Positions 11,660 to 23,054 are shown, counted from the whole stretch's first letter. The stretch is 63,259 nucleotides of DNA, filler included, from Licmophora abbreviata (GCA_900291995.1; 43 parts of 43 records of this genome joined end to end with filler, not necessarily neighbours in it), one strand, 5' to 3'. The notes: generated by a model not told the origin, from the letters alone. Numbers and translations are program-made.

Positions 11660-12688
11660 TAAACCGCGTGGAAGGTTCGAAGTTCCAAAGAGCGATCAAT
11701 TTCTCTAAGCAGCACTGCCTGTGCAACACGTTTGATAGAGAAACGCATCACGTCAACCTGTATTTCAGACTTTCAGGGGAAGCTGCGCACGCCGGCGGCG
11801 GCGGTTGGGGACGGTTCGAAAGTTTCGCCGTGGTGGCTGAGCGTTTTCGAGTTTGCATCCGAATCATGATCCATCGTTCCCTTGGATGAAAATCAGACAC
11901 TGTGAGGGTTAGCAGTGGACAGGAGCAGAAAGGTCGTCCAGTCATACCGGCATGGCAAACGATGGGAGAAGAGCAAACGATTTGCCCCTCATGGTGCAAC
12001 CATGATAATGTCGACATCGGTCGCTCTCGGCTCGACGCGACTGCGTGGCGGCATGGGGCACACTCGCCGACGGTCTGCCGGAAGGCAGTCAGAGCCTGGT
12101 TNNNNNNNNNNNNNNNNNNNNNNNNNNNNNNNNNNNNNNNNNNNNTTAATTAATTAANNNNNNNNNNNNNNNNNNNNNNNNNNNNNNNNNNNNNNNNNNN
12201 NAGGGATGACGGCTTCAAAGGTAGTCGCAGTGGGCTGGACGGAGGCAGTGGAAAGGTATAACGGCGACGACGCGTCCACGAATTGTGTTGCTGATGATGA
12301 CAGGGTGTTGCTGCTGCTGTGCAACACAGGCGCGCGTTGCACATTGGTGTTTTTTATCCGTTGACGACCTGGAAGAGGTTTGACAAAAGCGACGTTCGAC
12401 TTCATCGTGACAGGGGTGTGGAATTCCAAGCGATCTCTTTGGGAACGCAGTGTGCCATTGTTTCGTCGTCTCGACCACATCATCGTCATCGCCTCGAACC
12501 GCCGCGACACCGACACCAACGCAGACGAGTTCCAGTTTCGAGTCACGGGTCGATTTCAGTCACTGGTGATGTCACAAGGGGCTCGCTACGCGCTCTCCTC
12601 TCGCCGCCAGACGACCATCAGAATGAACCATGATGAGATTTACACTTTGCCCTGTTCCCACAGTAGCTGTGTCGCTGCCTTGACAACA

Positions 12689-13273
12689 ATGAACCAACCA
12701 GCGAGTGAAATAGTCGAGACATGCATTCAAAGATTGAAGCAACATGACATTCAAGTGTGCGTCTTTGACATGGATCAGACCGCCGTCACTGTACACTCTC
12801 GTGGCCGTTTGAAACGAGGTGCAGCGCTGCAAGAGTTTTTGCAGCAGGCGAGTCCTGATTTCCTGGAGCTGGTTCCTCATCTGCATCAGCATGGGTTTCA
12901 GTTGAGTATTGCGACGCATTCGGATGAACACGAATATGGTCCGTTCGTGCGAAAAGAGACGCATATTTTGGGCGACGAACTCGCCCACAGCCTGCTCCGG
13001 ACTCATTTCGAACCCATCGTGGCGACTTCCTTCTTCGTTGTTGCTTACAATCCGAGAGTCCGCAACGAAGGCTTACCATACAAGAGATACCACATGCAGA
13101 AGATTATGGATCATTATAAGATCACCAACCCCAGTGAAATCATCTTTTTCGACGACGACGAGGGCAACGTTACGGACTCGCGGGACTCTTGTGGTGTGCA
13201 GGCCACGTGGGTCGATCCGAAGCGAGGCTTTCGACTGGACGATCTGCTTTTGAATTTACCACCAAAAGCGTGA
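12689..13273 (+). CDS. HAD-superfamily hydrolase/phosphatase
   Basis: Motif I VFDMDQT, motif II SIATHS, motif III K, motif IV IFFDDD. Confidence 0.75.
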   Translation: MNQPASEIVETCIQRLKQHDIQVCVFDMDQTAVTVHSRGRLKRGAALQEFLQQASPDFLELVPHLHQHGFQLSIATHSDEHEYGPFVRKETHILGDELAHSLLRTHFEPIVATSFFVVAYNPRVRNEGLPYKRYHMQKIMDHYKITNPSEIIFFDDDEGNVTDSRDSCGVQATWVDPKRGFRLDDLLLNLPPKA

Positions 13274-13329
13274 ACGGAGGTTGGAACTGAGATTAAACAT
13301 CATCCCTCATGGAGTATACATTTCGAATG

Positions 13330-13443
13330 ACGACTAACGACAAGGGCAGAGTTATGAATGCACGCAACTTGTGGTGTGCAGACCATGTGGGTCGATCCTA
13401 AGCCAGTCTTTCGACCCGACGATCTCGTTTGAATATACCATCA
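13330..13443 (+). repeat. Degenerate tandem duplicate of the 3' end of the HAD gene (about 13150-13265)
   Basis: tgtggtgtgcaggccacgtgggtcgatccgaagc versus tgtggtgtgcagaccatgtgggtcgatcctaagc, with similarity continuing to tttgaat.tacca. Confidence 0.85.
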
Positions 13444-13706
13444 GAATGAATCACGGAATGACGAGGAGAATGTGACCGTCGAACTGAATCTAGGCGAGTG
13501 TTACTGTTTGTTCGAGGGCGCCTTGAATCTTGTACCATGGCTACGTATGAAATCTTCGGAGTACAAATCTCACAGGCATGACGAGGGCACGCTTCTGTGG
13601 TCTAAANNNNNNNNNNNNNNNNNNNNNNNNNNNNNNNNNNNNNNNNNNNNTTAATTAATTAANNNNNNNNNNNNNNNNNNNNNNNNNNNNNNNNNNNNNN
13701 NNNNNN

Positions 13707-14022
13707 ACGACGTATGAAAATGTGTGTCGATCGTCACACAACCGGTAGTACAGAGTTGTCGTCGGCCTTGAATCTTTTCCATCTGCTCCAAGAGACGCAT
13801 CTCCGCTGCGTCCTTTTCGAGGTTGTCTGGACTTTTCGCACCACAGTAGGTGTCCTCATCTCCATCGTCCTGGGAGCTCTCGCCAAGAGGGAAAAAGAAT
13901 AACATGTCCTCTAGTAGTCCCTTGTCCTCCGGAACAGCACTCAGAAAGCGGGTGGAAGTGCACCCGATCACCAGCGGTGCTTGAGCAATAGACAGGAGAC
14001 CAAGAGCAATTATGCGCAGCAT
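13707..14022 (-). CDS. Secreted protein N-terminus, probable M43 (pappalysin-like) metalloprotease prodomain
   Basis: Signal peptide, CG cysteine-switch-like CGAKSP, RRQL processing site, VTIDTHFH. No HExxH on the contig. Confidence 0.5.
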
Positions 14023-14819
14023 GGCGATGAGGGAAACGGTGGAGAAGCACAGCACCGGTGCCTTTGTACGAGTAGTAGTCTTGTAATGAATTTATGTGAC
14101 GATGGTCTGCTATGATACATCACGAAAGCGTGCTTCGAGTGATTGGCATTTTTGGCCTCTTGAGGCATAAATGATGACAATATATACATATATAAAACTT
14201 TCGTCAGTTCATATCGTGAAATGACCATTTTTAGTGTCTCTGGAGTCATATCATATTCATCGTGGGAGGAGCAGACCGTTTAAGTTCGTCGTAAGATATC
14301 ACTGTAGTGTTCTAGTTTTCTCATTCTGGGAAGGCGGTTTAGAGTAAAAGAGTGAGAGTGCTGCATTCATACCGGTAGTCTAGACCGGGTAGGGACCACC
14401 CTTCATCTTTGCCCAGGGAGAAAGCGAAAAGTGTCTCTCTTTATTCATTGGACCACCTACCGGTAAATATTAATCTTCTTCTGTCGCTCGTTGCGCGCGA
14501 TCTTCATCGACACAAAAGGAACTGGGCAGTTGAAACTGAAAAAGAGGAGGAGCGTAAGTCTCCAGAGGGCGACGAGCTGTACGTCGTCTGTTACTCGTAC
14601 CTGGTACCAGCAGGTAGGCTGATAAAGTCTAATGGGGGCACCAGACCAGACCACAGCACAGTATCATCCTAGTATCGATTCGTTGACTGCTACTGTAGGT
14701 ACTGACGAGACTACGAAACCGGGAGGCCACCATCTCTGATGACGGCTCAAGCTATTTATTCATCAATACGAAGACAAAGTAAGTAATAGCTGTAGACTAC
14801 TTACTCATAGTCTACTTGT

Positions 14820-15100
14820 CTAGATAGTAATCTCCAGCTCTCCCAGAAAAGTGACCACAGCCTCACCTCCGTCATTCGGATAGAGTCCAGCCTTAAAATG
14901 GTTGGTATCCACGAGGTCACAGTAGCTCAGGTCGTAATCCGGCGAGTTCCGGCGAAAGCGGAGGCGTGATACCGTCAATCAATATGGTGAGCTTGTTCTT
15001 GACGATCTTCAATTCAATGGAAAAGAAGCCAGTGGGACGACGTTTGGGCGGACACAATCCTTGCGATCCAGGGACACTAACAAGGAAGCCCAGAAATGAT
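14820..15100 (-). pseudogene. PL7 alginate-lyase-like C-terminal fragment, frameshifted
   Basis: Manual translation: HFWASLLV / RPTGFFSIELKIVKNKLTILIDG / YDLSYCDLVDTNHFKAGLYPNDGGEAVVTF..*. HFKAGLY matches the PL7 C-terminal YFKAGxY motif. Confidence 0.55.
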
Positions 15101-15200
15101 NNNNNNNNNNNNNNNNNNNNNNNNNNNNNNNNNNNNNNNNNNNNTTAATTAATTAANNNNNNNNNNNNNNNNNNNNNNNNNNNNNNNNNNNNNNNNNNNN

Positions 15201-15872
15201 ATTTCGACATTGGAAAAGTTCGGCCCAGAGGGTGCTCTTTACATTGTGGATTGGGAAATGTGCTGTGCCGGTCCCATGGGCAAAGACCTGGGAATCTTTT
15301 GGGCTTTTCCCTTCGCAGCCATGCTAGCGCATGCACTCAACAGCGACTCGGAAGCTGTCGAGAATATTATGGAGGTGGTTCAGACCGTGTGGCGTGGCTA
15401 CAAGAACACAATGATGATGGAAGGAGGCAAAAGTGAGGAGGACATGTCCACGGTGTATCAATCCAGCCTCGGAATGACCGGAATTTTTCTTTCCATGTAT
15501 TGCGGATTCAACTTTCATATTGACCAGCTGTCCATCGACAGTGAAAAAGATCGTATGCTATTCAAGGGCCACCTAGGGAAGCTAGGCCTGCAATGTCTGC
15601 AGTGGTCGTTCGGTGAGGATGGGAACAGCAGCGCGACCGAGGACCTTCCCAGTCGCGTTGAAGATGCCATTCGACACGAGATCTCGCTGCTGACGGCGTC
15701 GAAGAAGGCACCCAGACGTGTAGGTCCGAGGAGATCGTCAATGCTTCGCGCGTCAGGAAGGCGCATCAGCGATGCAGGCCTTCATTTTGGCGACTTGAAG
15801 AGACTGTCACTCGTTGGCAACGGCAGTATCGTCGAGGATCCACGCGCCGAAGAAAAGAAGGTAGACGAATAG
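15201..15872 (+). CDS. APH/choline-kinase-fold phosphotransferase (5-methylthioribose-kinase-like), C-terminal part
   Basis: LYIVDWEMCCAGPMGKDLG matches the IDxE..GP..DLG motif. Confidence 0.65.
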   Translation: MSTLEKFGPEGALYIVDWEMCCAGPMGKDLGIFWAFPFAAMLAHALNSDSEAVENIMEVVQTVWRGYKNTMMMEGGKSEEDMSTVYQSSLGMTGIFLSMYCGFNFHIDQLSIDSEKDRMLFKGHLGKLGLQCLQWSFGEDGNSSATEDLPSRVEDAIRHEISLLTASKKAPRRVGPRRSSMLRASGRRISDAGLHFGDLKRLSLVGNGSIVEDPRAEEKKVDE

Positions 15873-16692
15873 ATTACCGGGTGCCATGAGCACCCTCGAA
15901 GTCAGATTACCATAATCAAAGCTTTCAAACACAAAGATTGCACATCGCACTAGGAAGCATACCAGGTATTCGCGTCATATCATATTTTTAACGGTACCAG
16001 TAGCTTTAGCCTCAAATGAGCCCTACGCCATTAACATGCTTCACTGCCATGACAGCACGAATGGCTCCGACAGACTCTGTCTACTGTAGGTGGTACAGCA
16101 CAGTCGGTCCGTGGTTCAACTTTTACGCGGAAAAGGTTCTTGTAAGTAGCGCACATCGTAATTTATCGTACAAACCTGCAATTTGAAATTACAAAAACTG
16201 CCGGTATGTACGGAGTATCGTTATAATGGCGAACCGTCAAAACGGATGGTGTCTGCTCATGGCGTATTGCCTTCTGAGCGCACAAAATTGCTTGGGCGCG
16301 GAAAAGCAATCCTGTCGTAGATCTTTTGACTTGACTTGAAACTCTCCAAGACTGCTTGGTCACACAGTACGCTGAAATCCCACTCAACGTAAACCACACA
16401 AAACACTCAAACCAGCGAAACGAATTACTTTCCATAGAACCTGCCATCCTTTCATCATGTTCACTTGTGACTGGGAAGCAATCGATCAAGACAAGCAAAC
16501 GAAGAAGCAGCTCGTGCTCGACACTCTTCAACAGTACTGCAAGCCGAACTCTGATATTTCTGAGTTCCAGAAGTTCTCCGATCAGCCGCTTGNNNNNNNN
16601 NNNNNNNNNNNNNNNNNNNNNNNNNNNNNNNNNNNNTTAATTAATTAANNNNNNNNNNNNNNNNNNNNNNNNNNNNNNNNNNNNNNNNNNNN

Positions 16693-17770
16693 CCAGACTT
16701 CTTGTCGCAAGCCACAAGACCAACCTTGCTGCATGTCGCTTTCGTGGGGTTGCTGTTGTCTTCGCACTCGATGGGGTAGAAGTCAGAGCACTTAGCACCC
16801 TCAGCGACGTCGGTAATGAGATTCTTGTTGGCCACAATAATCTTGGCGCCGAGGGGCGACACAATCTTCTTAATGGGTCCTTCCCACTTCTCGCCATCAC
16901 TGACGGAATCCTCGTTGACCATAGCCTTCGTGAGGTAGAAAAGGTAGTGGAAGGCAACCTCGATGGGGAAGAGAATGATGACGGACAAGTAGTTGAACAT
17001 GTCGTGAACGACAGCGCCGGCAAAGGCACGCTCGAGCTGATCTCCATCGCCCATCTGTCCCATAGCAACAATGGTGTTGGTCACAGAAGTACCGATGTTG
17101 GCTCCCATGATCATGTAGATGGCCTGCTTCGTGGCAATCACACCAGATCCGACTAGGGACACGGTAATGGAAGTCGTGGTGGAAGAGGACTGGAGTAGCA
17201 CGGTACAGAGGATACCAAGCATGAGAGAGGCCACGGGGTTCGTGTCGTCTCCAAGAAGGTTACCGGCAGCGCAGCCAGTCATGACCTTGGCTCCGGTTCC
17301 GAGGAGCTCGAGTCCGAGAAGGAAGAAATAAAGGAAGAAGCACACCAAGATGAATCCAATGCCAATGTATCCCCACTCCGTGGCATCGTGGCAGCAGCAG
17401 GTATGGAAGACCTCGTTCCAAGTGGCATCACCGATTTCGTCAGTAGTCTCCTCGAAGAAATCAATGTCGCCCATGTGGGTCGATCCCGTAGGACGGTCCT
17501 TGCGGGACTTGACGTCCTTGTAGTCCATCTCGTAGTCGTCTTCGGCACTCTGTAATGGAAAAATAGTAGAACATGTGAGCAGGTGGATTTCAAACTACTA
17601 GACGAAGAACAAAAAAGATCCCTTGAATCTTCCATTCTGATCAGAGACAAGCTTCGTCTGGATCATTGCCGCTGTCGGCATTCAGCCGAACTACTTAATC
17701 GTATCCTATTTAAGCGGCATGGGACCTTCGATACCCTCCACTGGCCGCTCAAGAGCAAGTTACGTACCAT
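16693..17770 (-). CDS. SLC34/NptA-type Na+/phosphate cotransporter, N-terminal part; intron 17550-17767
   Basis: LLQSSSTTTSI, MGANIGTSVTNT, RAFAGAVVHDMFN. ATG(17770-17768)|GTACGT..TACAG|AGT gives MSAEDDYEMDYK. Confidence 0.92.
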
Positions 17771-18408
17771 GGTAATCGCGTCAAATCTCGTGTCTTTCCA
17801 AAAAGTGATCTGATGAAAGTTCCACTTCGTTTCCGGCAAACCTCCCCCCGTACAAAAATCCCGTTGATGGCTCGTATGTTGGGCTCAACGCACGCGAGTA
17901 CCACGAATCTGAAAATGCACAAGAAAAAAGATTCGTTCATAACCCTATCGTTTGTATTGGAGATTCATCAAAACAAAATTCAACCTTTGTGTGGGCTCTC
18001 TTTGATGATGACAGCTCAGGATTGATCTTTAATTTTCCGAAACGCCGAGAGCAGAAGATTCTTTCATCCTTCGTGTCTGATNNNNNNNNNNNNNNNNNNN
18101 NNNNNNNNNNNNNNNNNNNNNNNNNTTAATTAATTAANNNNNNNNNNNNNNNNNNNNNNNNNNNNNNNNNNNNNNNNNNNNGTTGTTGTTGTTGTTGTTG
18201 TTGTTGTTATTATTTTGGTGTTAGTACCTAACGAGGGATAGGTCTCGTGCTATACTCAAAGGCGATCACTAGTCAAAAATAGGGAGAGATTGACGCAGTC
18301 GCCTTCCTTAGCTTAAGTTTTGCTTCATAGGATGTCGTACGATAGGGCATGTTCAAATTTTCATATATAACCAGATACTAGCAATTAAAAAATCGGAAAT
18401 ATTGAGTA

Positions 18409-18499
18409 CCAGGTTCTACGTGAAACGCTGTAGAATGAAAATCAGGATGGCTTGCCAATGACTTTTTCTCGTTTCTACGGCGTTTCACGTAGAACCTGG
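18409..18499. mobile_element. About 91-bp MITE with about 27-bp TIRs flanked by TA
   Basis: TA-ccaggttctacgtgaaacgctgtagaa ... ttctacggcgtttcacgtagaacctgg-TA; one mismatch. Confidence 0.7.
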
Positions 18500-18849
18500 T
18501 ACAAAAAAAAATTCCTCAATATTTCCGATTTGTATGATATTCTTAAGTATGGGACATTTTATGACTCACCGGTACTCAAAAGCTAATTTTGTATTTTTTG
18601 CATGTACGAGTATATCGTACAATACCGCCTGAGAGAACAGGACCAAGACTTTTCTACCTTTGGAAAGACCATGACCGTGACCGTTCGTGTCAAGGGCATA
18701 TGTCATAAGTTCGAAAGTCATAGTACACCTGGCATTCCAAGACTCGGCTCACGCTCTAAGACCGGTCGAAAGTCCATCAAGAACTTTTCGCGCTCACAAT
18801 TCTCCTCATACCCTCTTTTAGTCGTCTTACCTGCAAAAGGACCATCAAA

Positions 18850-19569
18850 ATGGTGCGTCTGCCTCTTTTGTTCATCCTCTCGTGGGTGCCACTCATGACC
18901 GCGGGATCATTCCTACGCAACCAACACGACGAGGAGCCTGCCAACGACCGAAACCTGTACTACATCGGCGACTTGCAGGAAGATTCTGTGGTGTATACCA
19001 TTGCCCTTGGAATGCCCGACGATCCGCTGAAAACAGTGGCCGACTTTCAATGTCCCACGAACTTCTCCAACTATGTTATGGAATCGCTTGCTACACACGG
19101 TACTGCGTTCTTGAGAAGTAAGGACATTGATGTCACAGTCGACGACTGGATGGACGGTGCTCATTTGTCCATCCCTACGATGTTCGACCCCATCGATCGT
19201 CGGTTGGAAACTACGTACACGAGCATGACATTCTCTTCTACATGCAAAAGTACATTCTGCTCCTGTCAGTATTGTGGCTACACTGAAGAAAACCACGACG
19301 ACCTTCCTACACAGAGTCCAACGCCCATGCCAACGATAATCAGCTTAGATCCCTTATCGTTGTTAGCGCCGCCCACGGCCCCACCGACGGCCCCGCCGAC
19401 GACCCCACCGACGGTCCCACCGACGGCCCCACCGACGGCCCCTCCGACGGCCCCACCGACGGCCCCACCGACGGCCCCACCGACGGCCCCACCGACGGCC
19501 CCACCGACGACCCCACCGACGGTCCCACCGACGGCCCCACCGACGGTCCCCCCGACGGCCCTACCCAGT
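18850..19569 (+). CDS. Secreted Cys-containing protein with (PPTA)n mucin-like stalk, 3'-truncated
   Basis: Signal peptide, RNL/RRL sites, C..TFCSCQYC, then a P/T-rich repeat. Confidence 0.75.
19369..19560 (+). repeat. 12-bp coding minisatellite (ccaccgacggcc variants), about 16 units
   Basis: Read directly; encodes [12 protein letters not shown]. Confidence 0.95.
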
Positions 19570-19675
19570 NNNNNNNNNNNNNNNNNNNNNNNNNNNNNNN
19601 NNNNNNNNNNNNNTTAATTAATTAANNNNNNNNNNNNNNNNNNNNNNNNNNNNNNNNNNNNNNNNNNNNTGTCGA

Positions 19676-20059
19676 TCATTTCAACAGCTTTTGCTGCCCC
19701 TCCCACTCCGACGGAAACGGCTCCAGCACCCGTGCCAGAGTTACCTCCGACCCCTGCTTCCCGTCCAGGATCGCCTCGACGATGTCGGGCGCGAGCAGGG
19801 TCAGCCGCATGACGCGGGTCATATACGAGGGCGCCATACGCTCATGCTCGGCCAGTTCGGCGATGGTGGCGAACTCGCCCGACTCCAACATCCGTTTCCA
19901 ACGGAAGGCGCGTGCCAGCGCCTTGATCAAGGTGTTGTCTGACCGCCGTGGCTCGGCCGCACCGTCTGGCAGCCGCATTTCCTTCCGCCCGCCGCGCTTC
20001 ACAACGCGGAACGGGACATTGAGCGTCACCGTGTCGGGTATCGCTGCGCCGCCGGTCAC
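19676..20059 (-). CDS. Small bacterial HTH-like protein translationally coupled to the serine recombinase
   Basis: KRGGRKEM, LIKALARAFRW, LTLLAPDIVEAILDG; GTGA overlap with the recombinase stop codon. Confidence 0.8.
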   Translation of the reverse strand: MTGGAAIPDTVTLNVPFRVVKRGGRKEMRLPDGAAEPRRSDNTLIKALARAFRWKRMLESGEFATIAELAEHERMAPSYMTRVMRLTLLAPDIVEAILDGKQGSEVTLARVLEPFPSEWEGQQKLLK

Positions 20060-21055
20060 GCTGCTTCTCCAACCCCGCCACCCAATATTTCACGCGCGAG
20101 ACCGCTGAGGCCATCGATACGAAGCCGGACGTTCAGGCCACCGGTGCTGATGTCGACCCGCTCCACCAGCAGCGCCACGATACGCGCCTGCTCGGCGGGG
20201 AACATTTCTTCCCAAAGCGGATCAAGCTGCATCAAGGCCGTCCGCGCATCGGCCTCGGTGACGCCGTCGGCGTGGACGCGCGCCGCCTTCCACGTTCCTG
20301 CGACGATCTCCGGCTGGCGGAAGACCGCGCGCAGCTGTTCAATGACGGCCGCCTCGATTTCGCCGGCCGGCACGCGACCGACAGGGCAGGCCCCGGCGCC
20401 ATGCGTCAGCACGGTCTGGCTGACATAGTAGCGATAGAGCTTGTCCCCTTTGCGTGTATGGGTCGGCGAGAACGCAGCCCCATCGGGACCAAACAGTAAT
20501 CCTTTCAAAAGCGCCGGCGTGTCGGCCCGCGTCCTCGCGGCGCGCTTGCGGGGACTTTCAGACAGAATGCTGTGCACCTTGTCCCAGAGGTCTTTGGCAA
20601 TGATCGGCTCGTGTAATCCGGGGTAGGTCTTGTCCTTGTGGACAATTTCACCGAGGTAATGCCTATTGTTGAGCATTCGGTAGATATGCTTCTTGTCGAT
20701 CGGCTTGCCCTTTTTCGTGGTGATACCGGCTTTTTTAAGCTCCTGCGCCAGAATGGTGCCGGAGCCCACTTGCGTGAAGCGTTCAAATACAAACCGGACA
20801 TCGGCTGCTTCCTTGTCGTTGATGACAAGCTTGCGGTCTTTCGCGTCGTAGCCGAGGGGTACATTCCCGCCCATCCACATGCCCTTGGCCTTTGAGGCCT
20901 GGAATTTATCGCGGATGCGCTCGGCCGTGACCTCACGCTCGAATTGGGCAAAGCTGAGCAGGATATTCAGGGTCAGCCGCCCCATCGAAGTCGTGGTGTT
21001 GAATTGCTGTGTGACGGAGACGAATGTCACACCGTGCTCATCGAACACCTCAACC
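20056..21055 (-). CDS. Large serine recombinase of a bacterial prophage/integrative element, 5'-truncated
   Basis: FVSVTQQFNTTTSMGRLTLNILLSFAQFEREVTAERIRDK, WMGGNVPLGY, HEPII, YRYY. Confidence 0.93.
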
Positions 21056-21208
21056 NNNNNNNNNNNNNNNNNNNNNNNNNNNNNNNNNNNNNNNNNNNNT
21101 TAATTAATTAANNNNNNNNNNNNNNNNNNNNNNNNNNNNNNNNNNNNNNNNNNNNTGTTGGATCGATGATGGCGCGCCAGGACAAATCGATCTGAAAGGA
21201 TACGTGGT

Positions 21209-22076
21209 GAGAAAGTCCAAAACCCACACTTTTGAACTTCCTGGAGGTGGTTGGTGCAAAACCCACACTTTGGGTCAAAACCCACAATTTTAGCGCGGTT
21301 TGGCGATAATTTCGCGCGACACCAAAGAGTCAAAATTTACTGTCCGTTGCGTTGAACGAAGAATCGAATCGATGATGTTCTAGGGGGCGCTACAATGCGG
21401 ACATCTCAAATGTAAACATTGAAAGCCTACTAGCAGTTTCACTAGCTAGCTAGTTTACTCATACCTCTACGGATGTCTGCTGACGCTTCCATTTCATTGT
21501 CGCAACCTCCTGTTTTGACTTGATCCTCCTGTTCCCCTTTGGACGACCCTTCGGCTTCTTCATATGTTATATACCAACGGCAGGACATGCTCCCCTAAAC
21601 ACTCACGGAAGACATCATCTCTTGCCACCACTTTAGGGCCTAGATCCGCATATTGCTGTTTCCATGCTGGCGCCGTGACTGTCCAGAGCGTCCCTTTCGG
21701 GGGTCTTAGCTTTTCCGTCCTTTGATTTTCGGCTATTTCTTCTCGGAGAAGATCGTCCGACTGAGGAAGAATCGAGGGGCGGGGAGCTGCTTCTAGGAGA
21801 TAAGTGCATGCTCATAATGTCAGGTAGTCCAACAACTTAATTGCTCTAACTGTCAATACCGGTAGACTAAAAAGTAGTGTTCACGGTGGTTTATAAAGTT
21901 CTTCACCTTCTTCGGCGGGCTTGGCCTTCCCTCACTTTTTCAATATTTTTTCTGCATGAAGATGCATGAACAGTTCTCTAAAAGTCTGTCTGCTACCAGG
22001 GAAGATTGTGGGTTTTGACCGAAGTGTGGGTTTTGCACCAACCACTTCCAGTTAGTGTAGGTTCTGGACTACTCTC
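21209..22076. mobile_element. Non-autonomous DNA transposon (about 870 bp) with about 75-80-bp imperfect TIRs built from AAAACCCACA repeats
   Basis: Left gagaaagtcc..ctggaggtggttggtgcaaaacccacactttgggtcaaaacccacaat; right is the near reverse complement (22005-22076). No coding interior and no clear TSD. Confidence 0.7.
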
Positions 22077-22236
22077 ATACTAAAATGGTTTAAAAATATC
22101 ATACATACATGTACTCCCCACCGGCCAGATGAGCAATCGACGTCTTGAAAGTGAAGACGGGGCAGGAATGGGACTCCTCCGATATGACAAATAGTAACCG
22201 AAGACAGAAGAACGACGACATATCACGACACAAAGC

Positions 22237-22537
22237 AAACCAACGAAGAAGAAGACGCCACCCGATATGACAACCTACAACTAGGCATGGACGTCTAGGG
22301 TGACCTAGATCAGCCAAACACTTCTTCGAGTTGACTACATACATGTACTATATTGACCTAATATCATAATTCGAACTACTATTTTTTTTTAAACTACTAC
22401 TGATGATGAGACTTGCACATATATTGAAAGTGCCTGTGGCGTCCTTTCCGAAGTGTTTGGCTGATCTAGGTCACCCTAGACGTCCATGCCTAGTTGTAGG
22501 TTGTCACATCGTGTGGCGTCTTCTCCTTCGTTGGTTT
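22237..22537. repeat. 88-bp inverted repeat (22237-22324 / 22450-22537) with 125-nt AT-rich spacer
   Basis: Arms are reverse complements with few mismatches; the right arm runs to the contig end. Confidence 0.92.
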
Positions 22538-23054
22538 NNNNNNNNNNNNNNNNNNNNNNNNNNNNNNNNNNNNNNNNNNNNTTAATTAATTAANNNNNNN
22601 NNNNNNNNNNNNNNNNNNNNNNNNNNNNNNNNNNNNNACCCTATTCTACGGTATAACAACATGCGCGCGCCAAACGATAGAGGGCCCATCGGGGGCCTAC
22701 CGTGCCTGTGCCGTGCCTGTGAGCCCCCTGGGGCCGATGATGATATTGTTAGTATGATATGATATCGTACATACCCGCCGGTGCCACAAAACATCGCGCA
22801 CCGCGCTGCCAAATTTGTGAGATGAGATGGTCATAAGTAGACACGGATTGACATCTACTCAATTTTCTCGCATCGAATCATCTGAAAAAAGACGTTCTTC
22901 AAACCTTCATGAAGACTACTCCGTATGATACTATGATACGAGTAGAACACCAACAAGGGTGTATCATAAAAAAGTGATGGACCTCTCTCCGCTGTTGTTG
23001 TCGTCGCTGTGTGATAATCGTTGGCGTAATTCACTTTATTTCCTTGTTCGCACC

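Noticed and set aside
12202..12546. Possible gene starts at contig edges (also 16457-16592 and 28121-28447)
   Set aside because: Plausible but too short or low in complexity to assign.
19369..19560. 12-bp repeat as CRISPR or collagen-like antisense ORF
   Set aside because: No spacers; it is an in-frame PPTA coding repeat on the plus strand.
19670..22537. Bacterial recombinase island integrated in algal DNA
   Set aside because: The adjacency is an artefact of concatenation.
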